The translations under genes were made by a program, and so were the position numbers. 64,000 nt of DNA, from NCBI GenBank assembly GCA_963707655.1, contig OY970172.1:896001-960000 (forward strand). Reading direction: 5' to 3'. The DNA is from an uncultured bacterium. Lineage in GTDB: Bacteria; Babelota; Babeliae; Babelales; Vermiphilaceae. Of this stretch, positions 9,234-19,748 are shown piece by piece (position 1 is the stretch's first letter; each line of letters opens with the position of its first letter). The notes under the pieces are model-generated. The model searched no databases. It saw only the letters and a list, made by a program, of their open reading frames with translations, and had not been told where the DNA came from.

Positions 9234-11054
9234 ATGAATCGCATTAAACAATTATCAGTGCAGGAAGCGCAAAAAATAGCCGCCGGTGAAGTAGTAGAAA
9301 GACCAGCAAATATCGTTAAAGAATTGGTTGAAAATTCTATTGATGCACGCGCAACACAGATAAGCATTTATATAGAAGATGGCGGCAAGCAGCTTATTCG
9401 TGTTGTTGATAACGGTTGCGGCATGTCTGTGGAAGATGCACATCTGTGCTTTAAACACCATGCTACCAGCAAAATTACTTCTGTTGATGATCTGACCCAT
9501 ATTAACACTTTTGGCTTTCGCGGCGAAGCGCTCTCCAGTATCAGCTCGGTGAGCAGAGTTGCTCTACTCACTAAAGAGACAGAGAGCGAATTGGGTGTTT
9601 CATTATCACTTGAACAGGCAATAGTAACGCAAGAATCGCCCGTTGTTTGCGAACAGGGAACAGATATTACCATTGCCGATCTCTTTTACAATGTTCCGGC
9701 GAGAAAAAAGTTTTTAAAAACAAAAGAAACCGAATGGCGCCAAATAGTTACTTTGTTCGAAGCTTTTTGTCTGGATTACCATGCCATACACTTTAAATTA
9801 TTCTCTGAGGGTAAAATTGTTTTTAATTGTCCTGCAGTTTCTACAGTGCAGCAACGCGTAGTGCAGCTATGGGAACATACCTTTGCTGATCAAACAATCG
9901 CTCTTGATCCTGTTGCCCAACAAGGGGTGACTATAAGCGGTGTAATTTCATCTCATCAATATAACCGGTATGATCGCAATACGATTTTTTTCTTTGTAAA
10001 TTCACGCTGGGTTAAAAATTATAAATTAACGCAGGCGCTGCTTAAAGGATATTTAAATGTGTTGCCACAGGGCCGTTTCCCCGCTGCTTTCATATTTATT
10101 ACGCTTGACGGCGCACAGGTTGATATAAATATTCATCCGCGAAAAGAAGAAGTACAATTTCTGCACCCGCGCATTGTTGAGCAGATTATTACCCAGGCGG
10201 TTAAAAAAACATTGGAACAGCATTTATCTGCCTATTTAAAAACCGATGTGCAATTAACCCAGGCGCTGCCAATGCAGCCAACAGTGTACGAAGCACCACG
10301 GCCATTTGAAAAAATGCCGCCGCCTATGCCTTATTCATTTCAACCATACAAAGACGCTCCTCCTTTTATACCACAATCCTCCACGTCAATCTTTACTCCT
10401 GCATCTTTGCATCAAACTCTCTCTGTTGAGCAGGCTGTTGAGCAACAGGTAATCAAAGAAGAAACAGCAACAGAAGCATACCATTTGATTGGCCAATTGA
10501 ATGATACCTATATTTTGCTTGAAAAAGCTGACGGCCTTGCCATGATCGATCAACATGCGGCTCATGAGCGTGTTTTGTACGAATTATTTGCACATCGTTT
10601 TGCCGATGTCGCCACTATAGCACTACTTTTCCCTGCGATTATCAATGTTTCCCCGGAAGATCTACGCTCACTTGAGCCTCATTTGCCGATCCTACACAAT
10701 AGTGGCATTGATGCTGAAATCTTTGGGGACTGTCAACTTATAATCAAAGCGACCCCGGCGCATTTAAAAAACGTAAACATGCAGGAATTAATCAAACAAG
10801 TTATTGCTTGGGTTCATGAATTTCAACATGTTGACAAGGCACTGTTTTCTAAAACTATTAATGAAAAATTGCATGCACAAATGGCCTGCAAAGCCGCAGT
10901 AAAAGCGGGAGACACCTTGAGCAATGAACAGATGCATCAGTTGATTAAAGACCTTGAAAAGAGCGACAATCGCTTTACCTGTCCCCATGGTCGACCAACT
11001 ATCTGGTTTATTTCAACCTATGAAATAGAAAAAAAATTTAAAAGAAAATTATAG
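9234..11054 (+). CDS. mutL: DNA mismatch repair protein MutL
   Basis: IAAGEVVERP, GFRGEAL, DQHAAHER (endonuclease motif), CPHGRP. Confidence 0.98.
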   Translation: MNRIKQLSVQEAQKIAAGEVVERPANIVKELVENSIDARATQISIYIEDGGKQLIRVVDNGCGMSVEDAHLCFKHHATSKITSVDDLTHINTFGFRGEALSSISSVSRVALLTKETESELGVSLSLEQAIVTQESPVVCEQGTDITIADLFYNVPARKKFLKTKETEWRQIVTLFEAFCLDYHAIHFKLFSEGKIVFNCPAVSTVQQRVVQLWEHTFADQTIALDPVAQQGVTISGVISSHQYNRYDRNTIFFFVNSRWVKNYKLTQALLKGYLNVLPQGRFPAAFIFITLDGAQVDINIHPRKEEVQFLHPRIVEQIITQAVKKTLEQHLSAYLKTDVQLTQALPMQPTVYEAPRPFEKMPPPMPYSFQPYKDAPPFIPQSSTSIFTPASLHQTLSVEQAVEQQVIKEETATEAYHLIGQLNDTYILLEKADGLAMIDQHAAHERVLYELFAHRFADVATIALLFPAIINVSPEDLRSLEPHLPILHNSGIDAEIFGDCQLIIKATPAHLKNVNMQELIKQVIAWVHEFQHVDKALFSKTINEKLHAQMACKAAVKAGDTLSNEQMHQLIKDLEKSDNRFTCPHGRPTIWFISTYEIEKKFKRKL

Positions 11055-12314
11055 CTCATTTTTATCACACAATAGCTTGTACCGCGCTGATTCTGGAGCA
11101 ATTTTTTTTGCAATTTTCAACGCAGAAGTCAAAGCACTTTCGTGTGAATCAATGTCATGAGTATATAACCCGGCCATCCACAGATTGTGTTGTCCCTGCA
11201 CAAGAGCGAGCTCTTGTTGCGCTTGAAAATATGCGGGCGTAATCTCTGCATGATAATAAGAATCAATAGAATACGTTGGTTCCGGTTGAGGGAACCCTGG
11301 CATGAGCCAACTGCGAAAGAGGGGAATAGTACTCCGCCACGGCTTGTGAGTGGTGAGTGTGCTATTTGTTCCGTCATACCAGACATTGGCAATCGACCAA
11401 TCGGCTTTATCTTTGGGCATAAAACGAGCATCGCCATGAATGGCTATCGTAGCATGAATATATTTGACTTTGTTTAATGCAGCACTCACCGCTGCAGATT
11501 CTGGTATCTGCTTTACAAGATCACGTGCTTCATGGGCATTTGTAGCGATAATGAGATGATCAACTACGTGTTTATTTCCGGCATCATCAACGAGTGTATA
11601 GTGGGTACCGTCATGAGCAATGGTATTTATTCCTGTTGAGGTATTTAACCCGCTGCGTCTTATCTGACCGACAAGGGCGGCAATGTAAGAAGAAACCCCG
11701 CCGGGAATTTCGTTCCACGGGCAACTTTGTAATCCCATTTTTTGATTATTAATTTCCCATGCCATAAGGTTGTAAGCAGAAAATGTTTTAAACATCTCGG
11801 GTGTTACTCCCCAACCGGAGCAAAAAATAGGAACAAAAAAATCATTTTTAAATGAATCGGTAAGCCACACGCTGTCCAAAAATTCTTGCAGAGTAGGAAC
11901 GGCGTTTTTTTCTTTTACCAAAGTCTTACTTTTGTTAAGAAGATACTTGAGTTGAAGCATGGTAAATAGTTTTGAAGGACCAAACATGTGCCAAAAAATT
12001 TTACCTTTACGAATTGGCGGCAACATATAGATGTTATTATCTTTTTCAGAAAAAAATGTGTAACTAAAAGGATATTCTTGTATGGGCACCTGCAAGATAT
12101 TTAATAGCCGCATGAAATGGGGAAACATTGCATTATTAAAAAATTCAAAACCTGTTTCTGCCGCAACAGATCCCTGAGGTGTTTTGACATAGGTAGTATG
12201 CGCATGGCCGCCAAGGCGATCACGCTTTTCAAAAAGAGTTACTTCATGTTCTTCGTCCAAAAGCCACGCTGCTGCAAGGCCGGCAATGCCGCCACCAATA
12301 ATGCCAACTTTCAT
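11049..12314 (-). CDS. FAD-dependent oxidoreductase (amine-oxidase-like)
   Basis: IIGGGIAGL Rossmann motif, FEKRDRLGGHAHT, C-terminal HESALTSA. Confidence 0.85.
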   Translation of the reverse strand: MKVGIIGGGIAGLAAAWLLDEEHEVTLFEKRDRLGGHAHTTYVKTPQGSVAAETGFEFFNNAMFPHFMRLLNILQVPIQEYPFSYTFFSEKDNNIYMLPPIRKGKIFWHMFGPSKLFTMLQLKYLLNKSKTLVKEKNAVPTLQEFLDSVWLTDSFKNDFFVPIFCSGWGVTPEMFKTFSAYNLMAWEINNQKMGLQSCPWNEIPGGVSSYIAALVGQIRRSGLNTSTGINTIAHDGTHYTLVDDAGNKHVVDHLIIATNAHEARDLVKQIPESAAVSAALNKVKYIHATIAIHGDARFMPKDKADWSIANVWYDGTNSTLTTHKPWRSTIPLFRSWLMPGFPQPEPTYSIDSYYHAEITPAYFQAQQELALVQGQHNLWMAGLYTHDIDSHESALTSALKIAKKIAPESARYKLLCDKNEL

Positions 12315-12537
12315 ATTTTCCCCCTACATACTTTTGAAGTTACATAGGTACTCTAGCATGGCATGGTTTTTGAAATAAACAGTTTGCCTTTTAGCATAAG
12401 TGGTGCAATTCGAAAATTTTGACGTAATCATAAAAGAGCACTAGAATAACTCATCGCAATGTTTCAATTCTATTTCACACAGGATCTGATAGAGCAATTG
12501 CCATCGAGACAACAGAAAAAATAGAGTCGTATAGAAT

Positions 12538-14697
12538 ATGCTAAAAAAAATCTTCGCAATCATGGCGCTGGCAAAAATAACCAATCTTTCATTCAGCGCC
12601 GAGGACAGTTACTCGATCACGAGACAAATTGCCGCAAATAGCCAAATGGTTCTAGCTCGTGCAGAGAGCAATAGTTCCGCATCTGAGATACAATGGAGCA
12701 AATTGGTGTCTGCTTCACGGGTGCTCTCTGATATGGTAGCAGATCTAGGCGCCTCTGCACCTATCAATGTCGCTCCCCTAGAAACACTGCTGCCTACCGT
12801 TTCCACAACAACACGAAAAAATATCATGCAGCTGATTGAATCAAGTGATCGGAAAGACGCTCTTCTTAAACTCGACAACAAAGAACTAAAAGACCTGGCC
12901 CACGCCGCCCGCTTGCTGGAAATACCTGCAATCCTTGTCCCTTTAAGAGAAATATTGGCAGAACAACTGCAGGATCCAGACAATCACTGGCGCAAAGCAT
13001 TTGAAAAAAATCCACTGGATGTGATTAACGGATTAAGTAAGGCCGGTATTGATATGAGTGATACTGATTTGGGTTTTGCGCTCATACAGCCTCACCTGCA
13101 CGAATTATGGCGGCCGGCGAAGCAGCGTACTATTTTTGGCGCAAGACTCGCATTACTGAATCCTAACGGCACCATCTTGGCATCAGCATCAGATAATACG
13201 ATAGACATCTGCCATCTTCACACAGGCGAAACAAAACACATTCGTGCCGGTCGTCACATCACTAAATTATCATGGAGTCCCGATGGGACCATGCTAGCCT
13301 CAGCATCACGAGGTCACACGATACGCATCTGGGATCCTCAGACAGGTTTAACAAAGCATGTTCTCACTGATCCTGTATGTTACGGACTGAATCATCATCA
13401 CACAAGTGGAATCGCGTGGTTGAGATGGAGCCCTGATGGCGCCACGCTAGCCTCAGCATCAGACAACAATACGATATGCATCTGGAGTCGCGAAGGCCAA
13501 CTAGTGCATTCTATTGCTTGCCACACAGGCCCGATCTGGTCGCTAGAATGGAATTGCAATGGCACCACGCTCGCTTCAGGATCATCAGACAGCTCAATTT
13601 GTATCTGGGATTGCGAAGGTCACTCAGTGCAGTCCCTTGATAAACATACCGCCCCAATTAGCGCATTAATGTGGAGTCCTGACGGTGCCATACTTGCCTC
13701 AATATCGTCTGACGGAATGGTATGCATATGGGATCCTTATAAAAATCAACTACTGCGTACTTGCAGAACGAGCCATTATAACGGGAAATGGTTAGCGACA
13801 TGGAGTCGCGATAGTACTATGTTCGCATCAGGATCAAACAATGCGATACACGTGTGGCATCATCGGACAAACCAGCTATTTGATATCACCGCCACGAACG
13901 ACAGTTACCGGAATGAAGCAATCAGTCGCCTAACATGGAGCCATGATAGCACCATGCTAGCCTCAAAATCACATGGTGGCCTGATACGCATCAGGAGTTC
14001 CCGCACGGGCCAACTACTGCACACACTCGTTGATTGCAGCGGAACCTGCTCATTGGCATGGAGCCATGATAATACCACGCTTGCCGCAGGATCGGGGCAT
14101 ACAGTGCGTTTATGGGATTCACGCACAGGCAAAATATTACAGGTAATTGTTGACGCAGACTGCCACAGCTCAATCGATTCATTTGCATGGAACCCTGATG
14201 ATACCTTGCTTATCACCAAATCAACTGACAACACAGTGAGTACCTGGGATATGACTCCGCTACTCTTTGCTCATCGCGTCGCTGTGCTAGATTCTCTGGT
14301 GCTTCTTACCCTGTTGCAGCACCCGAAATGGTTAATAGGCAGCGAAAACCTTCAAGCCTCAGATCTGATCAAAAGTCTCCGTTGGGCCAAATTTGTGCCT
14401 ACCAAAACGAACACCATTACCGCACCAATGCTTTTCTCTGTTATTGCTGAGAATCAATATGAACAGAAGAGGCAAAAAATAGCGTATTGGTTGGAGCGTA
14501 CAAAGACAGACATAAACGCATTACAAGCACAACAAACAGAACCAGAGAGACTCAATCAATGTCGTCGTTTACAAGAAGAAGAGATAGAACTCAAACAAGA
14601 ATCGCAAAGAGAAAAAGAAGAATTACAACGCAGATTATATTCTCGAAATAATTCTCGAGAAGTCAATGTCACCCCATCTTCTTGCTCAATTTCATGA
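12538..14697 (+). CDS. Exported WD40-repeat protein with Skp1/BTB-like N-terminal domain, coiled coil and CaaX end
   Basis: About nine repeats of LxWSPDGxxLASxSxDxTIxIWD, a signal peptide, and the ending ...SSCSIS*. Confidence 0.85.
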   Translation: MLKKIFAIMALAKITNLSFSAEDSYSITRQIAANSQMVLARAESNSSASEIQWSKLVSASRVLSDMVADLGASAPINVAPLETLLPTVSTTTRKNIMQLIESSDRKDALLKLDNKELKDLAHAARLLEIPAILVPLREILAEQLQDPDNHWRKAFEKNPLDVINGLSKAGIDMSDTDLGFALIQPHLHELWRPAKQRTIFGARLALLNPNGTILASASDNTIDICHLHTGETKHIRAGRHITKLSWSPDGTMLASASRGHTIRIWDPQTGLTKHVLTDPVCYGLNHHHTSGIAWLRWSPDGATLASASDNNTICIWSREGQLVHSIACHTGPIWSLEWNCNGTTLASGSSDSSICIWDCEGHSVQSLDKHTAPISALMWSPDGAILASISSDGMVCIWDPYKNQLLRTCRTSHYNGKWLATWSRDSTMFASGSNNAIHVWHHRTNQLFDITATNDSYRNEAISRLTWSHDSTMLASKSHGGLIRIRSSRTGQLLHTLVDCSGTCSLAWSHDNTTLAAGSGHTVRLWDSRTGKILQVIVDADCHSSIDSFAWNPDDTLLITKSTDNTVSTWDMTPLLFAHRVAVLDSLVLLTLLQHPKWLIGSENLQASDLIKSLRWAKFVPTKTNTITAPMLFSVIAENQYEQKRQKIAYWLERTKTDINALQAQQTEPERLNQCRRLQEEEIELKQESQREKEELQRRLYSRNNSREVNVTPSSCSIS

Positions 14698-14738
14698 AAA
14701 CTAGCAACGGCGAGCGCGCTAGACTTTAAATAAATAGC

Positions 14739-15317
14739 TTATTCTTGATTTTCTGAAAGCAAAAAGCGATAGATATCAACTTGAGCCAATCCAACAATGG
14801 GCTGCGTTATGATTTGACCAAAAATAATCAATTTGCCGAGTCCATTAATAATCCAGCTTAAAATGCGAAAAAGGATAAGGCTCAGGGTATAACCGCGAGT
14901 CACAGAAGCGCTTTTTTGTATTGCTTCGATAATGCCACAATTGCGATCGAGCATGAGCAGGATAACAAATTGCAAACGAGCAGCAAGAATAATGCCCGGT
15001 AGAATGAAAATATTGTTTGTATTTCAGCTTTGTCATAGTCATGGAGCTGGAGAAGAAATTTGCGCCAACCTATATGTATCGAAAAAATAAACAAACCGAT
15101 ACCGCATAATGCAGCAACAAGCAAGAGTCCACCGCCTAATATAGGGTAAGTAAAATTAAGAAGTCCACCACCGCGCGCTACCGATATAAAAGCCCCGGAA
15201 ATGGCGATAAAAAGCAGTGCGGCAATAATCCAAAGCACTGAGCAATATCAACCCAATGTGTTTCCAGACTGTTTTTGCACCATATTCAATTGATTGAGAT
15301 ATAGGTAATTTTTCCAT
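14739..15317 (-). pseudogene. Frameshifted integral membrane protein
   Basis: SD AAAGGA plus ATG at 15317 (MEKLPISQSIEYGAKTVWKHIGLILL). Continues in a second frame (VLWIIAALL...) and then in the frame of 14739-14975 (...DRNCGIIEAIQKSASVTRG). Confidence 0.65.
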
Positions 15318-15334
15318 AATAAATTCCTTTGATT

Positions 15335-15541
15335 TTAAAAATTATCTTTGCGGAAATTGTGCCAGTTCCTGTTCATAAAAATAAATGATGGGCGCCTGCG
15401 GAATGCAAAGCCATAGAAAAAGAGAGCCAAGCCAATTAACGCAAACAAAAGGCGGAGCACCAATTCGCCGGCGGCGTACAAAAATATCGCCAAACCAAGA
15501 ATACCAAGAAAGGTTCGAATAGATGATTCAGTGTGTGACAT
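15335..15541 (-). CDS. Small two-TM membrane protein
   Basis: 68 aa, two hydrophobic segments and a basic tail, co-oriented after aspS. Confidence 0.65.
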   Translation of the reverse strand: MSHTESSIRTFLGILGLAIFLYAAGELVLRLLFALIGLALFFYGFAFRRRPSFIFMNRNWHNFRKDNF

Positions 15542-15575
15542 AATTCACATGCCTTCAATGTACATATTATGTTTT

Positions 15576-17345
15576 TTAATCTTTTTTTATCGGCGCCAGA
15601 CGCAAGCCATATTCTTTTAATTGATCAAGATCAACCGGCGTAGGTGCTTCCATCAGCGGATCATAACCACGCGCTGTTTTTGGAAACGCAATCACTTCAC
15701 GAATTGATGCCGCGCCGCACATAAGCATAATCAGGCGATCAATGCCCAGGGCGATTCCACCATGCGGCGGAAAACCGAGTTCTTGTGCTTCAAGCAAGAA
15801 GCCAAACTTCACTTGCACTTGCTCTTTACTCAATCCAAGCAGCGCAAAAACTTTATCTTGCACTGAGGAATCATGAATACGAATAGAACCACCGCCAAGC
15901 TCAACCCCGTTTAAGACAACGTCATAAGCACGCGCTTTCATAGCGGCAGGCTCGAGATTCTCCCACCCTGCTTGCGGGGAAGTAAATGGATGATGCGCTG
16001 CTTCCCAACGTTTTTTTTCTTCATCATACTCAAACAAAGGAAAATCAGTTATCCAGCTAAAATTAAATTCATGATGAGGAATGATATTAAGAACGCGACC
16101 GAGTTCAAGGCGTAATCTGCCCAGCAAGGTCCACGCCTCTTTGTATTGACCCGCGATTAAAAAGAGAGTGCTGCCATTTTTCACATCGGGAAACATTGTT
16201 TGCACTTGTTGATAAAAATCGTTCGGTAAAAAGTTAGCAACCGGCGATTCTACCGCTCCATCTTTGAAGCGCATCCAGAGCAACCCTTTTGCGCCAAACT
16301 GTTGCGCTTTGTTAACCAAGGCATCAAGCTCTGAACGAGTAAATTCTTTATTGTTAACATGCAAGAAACCAATCTTGCCGCCTTTGTCGAGCACAGCGCG
16401 CAAAAATTTTAGCTCAGTGTCTTTGAAGAGGGCAGTTGTATCGGTAATTGGCAAACCAAAACGCAAATCCGGCTTGTCAGAGCCGTAGGTTGACAATGCA
16501 ACATCATACGTCAAACGCTTAAACGGAACTTGAACGTCAACGTTAAAAACTTTTTTCCATATGCTGGCGAGTAAACGTTCAATAACACCCTGAATATCCT
16601 GCTCTTGAATAAAAGACATCTCCATATCAAGCTGAGTAAATTCGGGCTGGCGATCGGCGCGCAAGTCTTCATCTCTGAAACAACGCGCAATCTGAAAATA
16701 TTTATCCATACCGCTGGCCATAAGCAACTGCTTGTAGAGCTGTGGTGATTGCGGCAATGAATAGACGCTGCCATGATGAATGCGAGAAGGCACTAAAAAT
16801 TCGCGTGAGCCTTCCGGCGTATTCTTGGTTAATAACGGTGTTTCGATTTCGTAAAAATTTTCAGCATTTAACATTTCACGTATGGCAAAAACAACCTGGT
16901 GGCGAAGAGCAAAATTGCGCTGCATTTCTGGACGACGAAGATCAAGGTAGCGGTATTTTAATCGCAACTCTTCGTCAACCTGATCAGCCTCTTCTAAGAT
17001 AAACGGCAACCCTTTGGCCCTGTTTAAAATAGAAAGATCGCTCACTTGAAGCTCCCATTGACCCGTAGGCAATTCTTTATTGATTGTTGCGGCGGAGCGT
17101 TCTACTACAGTTCCTTCAATTGCGATAACATATTCTGAGCGAAGAGAATGAGCATCGGCATGCGCCTTTTGGGAGAAGACAGAGTTAAAAACGAGCTGCA
17201 TTAGGCCTGTGCGATCGCGCAAATCGATAAAAATAAGACCGCCATGATCGCGCCGACGCTGCACCCAGCCGGCTAATGTAATTTTTTGTCCTAAAAATTT
17301 ATCAGTTACCTGGCCGCACCCGGTGGTTCTTTTAAACCCTTGCAT
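15576..17345 (-). CDS. aspS: Aspartate--tRNA ligase
   Basis: RRRDHGGLIFIDLRDR, LPQSPQLYKQLLM, RDEDLRADRQPEFTQ, PPHGGIALGIDR. The His in RDHGG hints at the non-discriminating type. Confidence 0.98.
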   Translation of the reverse strand: MQGFKRTTGCGQVTDKFLGQKITLAGWVQRRRDHGGLIFIDLRDRTGLMQLVFNSVFSQKAHADAHSLRSEYVIAIEGTVVERSAATINKELPTGQWELQVSDLSILNRAKGLPFILEEADQVDEELRLKYRYLDLRRPEMQRNFALRHQVVFAIREMLNAENFYEIETPLLTKNTPEGSREFLVPSRIHHGSVYSLPQSPQLYKQLLMASGMDKYFQIARCFRDEDLRADRQPEFTQLDMEMSFIQEQDIQGVIERLLASIWKKVFNVDVQVPFKRLTYDVALSTYGSDKPDLRFGLPITDTTALFKDTELKFLRAVLDKGGKIGFLHVNNKEFTRSELDALVNKAQQFGAKGLLWMRFKDGAVESPVANFLPNDFYQQVQTMFPDVKNGSTLFLIAGQYKEAWTLLGRLRLELGRVLNIIPHHEFNFSWITDFPLFEYDEEKKRWEAAHHPFTSPQAGWENLEPAAMKARAYDVVLNGVELGGGSIRIHDSSVQDKVFALLGLSKEQVQVKFGFLLEAQELGFPPHGGIALGIDRLIMLMCGAASIREVIAFPKTARGYDPLMEAPTPVDLDQLKEYGLRLAPIKKD

Positions 17346-17387
17346 ATCTCATTCCTTACATCTGGATAGTCATTCAAAATATCTATC

Positions 17388-17396
17388 ACTATAGCA
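17388..17396 (-). promoter_or_regulatory. Extended -10 element upstream of aspS
   Basis: TGCTATAGT on the minus strand about 45 nt before the start. Similar TGCTAnnnT elements lie at 12350-12358 and 24741-24749. Confidence 0.45.
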
Positions 17397-17430
17397 TGCT
17401 TTTTTGCTTCTGATAACAGAAATATCCATT

Positions 17431-17462
17431 AAAAAGAGCACCTTTGTGAAGGTGCTCTTTTT
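17431..17462. terminator. Intrinsic terminator (bidirectional form)
   Basis: AAAAAGAGCACCTT-TGTG-AAGGTGCTCTTTTT. Confidence 0.85.
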
Positions 17463-17507
17463 GAAAATCGATTCTGTGCTTTTTGCTTTAAATCAGTTTT
17501 TGCAGTC

Positions 17508-19547
17508 TTAGAATTTGTATTCAAGACCAAGGTTAAGGGTAAAGGCAGTGTCGTCACCTTGGTTAGGTATGCTAACCGGCACACCTTCAGCTTGAGCGGC
17601 TTGCAATCTTTCAAGAGCTTTTTTGTGCCCGCCGTTAAATGGCAACCCTTTTATATCAGTATAATGAGCGCCCGGTACAAAGACAGAGCCTATGAAAAAG
17701 AGCTTTAAATTATCAAACAAGAAATAGTGTGCAAACAAATTTCCTTCTACACCCAAAAATGAGCGCGCGGGTTTGTCAATCGTTTTGAGTGCGCAGGCAT
17801 CAAATTTACGCGTTGCATGTTCTTGCCAAAATAAAAGCAGATTCGGATTGAATGAGACTTTTTTACAAGTCACCAGAGGCACCCACTGCACACCGGTACC
17901 CGCATAAACTAAATTGGTAAAACCATTCACCGATCTAGCATATTCAGCCGGAGATTGTACGAGATCCATTTCATCAGGCGCACTTAAAGGTCGCTTAATC
18001 TTTCCTGCGCCACCAAGAACAAACTGGCTGCGCACTTTTCTTCCCATGTATGTTTCCTGCACACCAAGGAAACCGGCATAATCGCCATCTTTGGTGGAGA
18101 AGTTTGGATTATCATCACCTGAAGCAACACCAGCTTCAAAAGCGAGCTTTAAATCTTTTTCCAGGGACCATAAAGCAAAGTCAGCTACAAACATCCATCC
18201 TTTATACGTATTTCTGTAAGGATCTCTAAAACGGTGCCTGCCATTATATAACTGATCAGGAGTGGTAACAGCTGTCGGCACATAAGGCAGCACTGCGGAT
18301 AACCCCGTCACAGGATCTCCAAGAGGCTTGCCGTTGGCTGCTTGGTCCTGCTGCGCTTCATCGATAATTTTTTGAGCAGTTTTACCCAAACTAGAAATAG
18401 CGCCTGTATCGGTTACTATTTGAGGCGCATAAGGAACTTTATATAAATCAAGATTGGCGGTAGGGGGATTTGCAAGAGGATCAGCGCCTATGTACACGTG
18501 GCTATTAACCGCGGTGATCTGACCACTTCTGTTTTGTAATTCAGTAATATTGCGATCCCAACCACGAACCTCTTGTCGACCAACGTTGAAAGCACATTCA
18601 AAGCCACACTCAATGCGGTCGCTCACATAGTCACCGGCTAATCCAAAGGTGCATAATTTGCTTCCCGCGTCGGCAACAAACTCAACGTCTTGCTCAGGAT
18701 CATTCACATACAATAGGTATGGTTCAATAATAACTTTATTTCGCGCTTTTTCATCTAATGGCATCCATCGGAAACGAGTAGCAACGGCAAAATGCACACG
18801 ACCAAACCCACGCTGAGGATTAAGGCGGTAGCCTCTTTCTTTGACACGAATATTGGCCGATGTGTCAGAAATCAAAGCACTCATATCCTCAAGAATAGCC
18901 CCATAAATGTCATAATAAAATCGTTTAGGCATAAACTCGCCGGAAACCCTAAATCCTGTAGCATATTGATCTACAAGGCCGTCAGTATAAAAACCCAAAA
19001 AGTCTTGTCCCACAGCATAGGCGGAACCAAGCGCGATACCGCGACCCAATTCAAAAGGAAAAGCTCCCAAGGTGAAGGTATGAGGATGGTTTAATGACAA
19101 ATGAAGCGCGTCAGGAATTGAAAAGCGCAACCAAGCCTCACGCATCCAAAAAATATGGCGCGGATAATAATGGCTGTGTTCACCGGTGACAATGTCACCA
19201 ATCTTGATGCTTGCGTTACTCATTTGAGCAAGAGTGCTCGGATTTCCCCAAACTCCTTTATTACGCACAGAAAACATAAATTCTGCCAACGGGTGGCCAC
19301 AAGTCTTAAGGCCCTGCACAACATTTAATGTGTAATCGAGTGTATGGCGCATAAACCAGACATTGTCAAAAGCATTACAACTGTTGAGCAAACTGATGTT
19401 TTTGCCATAGAACATATCTTCTTTAAGCGCGCCTGAGAAAAAATACTCTATATCCAGGGGTTCTTTGGTGCAAATTGGCTGACCAAAACTCGTTGAAAAA
19501 AATACCAGTGCACTCAGTGTAAACAACAGCTGTTTCATGATACGCAT
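17508..19547 (-). CDS. Probable outer-membrane beta-barrel protein
   Basis: Signal peptide, many amphipathic aromatic strands, C-terminal LNLGLEYKF (BAM-type signature). Confidence 0.7.
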   Translation of the reverse strand: MRIMKQLLFTLSALVFFSTSFGQPICTKEPLDIEYFFSGALKEDMFYGKNISLLNSCNAFDNVWFMRHTLDYTLNVVQGLKTCGHPLAEFMFSVRNKGVWGNPSTLAQMSNASIKIGDIVTGEHSHYYPRHIFWMREAWLRFSIPDALHLSLNHPHTFTLGAFPFELGRGIALGSAYAVGQDFLGFYTDGLVDQYATGFRVSGEFMPKRFYYDIYGAILEDMSALISDTSANIRVKERGYRLNPQRGFGRVHFAVATRFRWMPLDEKARNKVIIEPYLLYVNDPEQDVEFVADAGSKLCTFGLAGDYVSDRIECGFECAFNVGRQEVRGWDRNITELQNRSGQITAVNSHVYIGADPLANPPTANLDLYKVPYAPQIVTDTGAISSLGKTAQKIIDEAQQDQAANGKPLGDPVTGLSAVLPYVPTAVTTPDQLYNGRHRFRDPYRNTYKGWMFVADFALWSLEKDLKLAFEAGVASGDDNPNFSTKDGDYAGFLGVQETYMGRKVRSQFVLGGAGKIKRPLSAPDEMDLVQSPAEYARSVNGFTNLVYAGTGVQWVPLVTCKKVSFNPNLLLFWQEHATRKFDACALKTIDKPARSFLGVEGNLFAHYFLFDNLKLFFIGSVFVPGAHYTDIKGLPFNGGHKKALERLQAAQAEGVPVSIPNQGDDTAFTLNLGLEYKF

Positions 19548-19748
19548 AAGCTCCAAAATAATTTGCTTTAAATAATTATAGATACAGACCTGCCTCTTTC
19601 AAGACATCACAAAAAAAACATTATATAATAAGATGTTTTTTAGCTTATCAAGATAAAGAATTGTAGCGATTTGTCAAATGCGAAAAAAAATAAAATATTG
19701 CAACAAAGCACAATGGATAGATATTAATAAACAAATGAAAAGAAAAAT

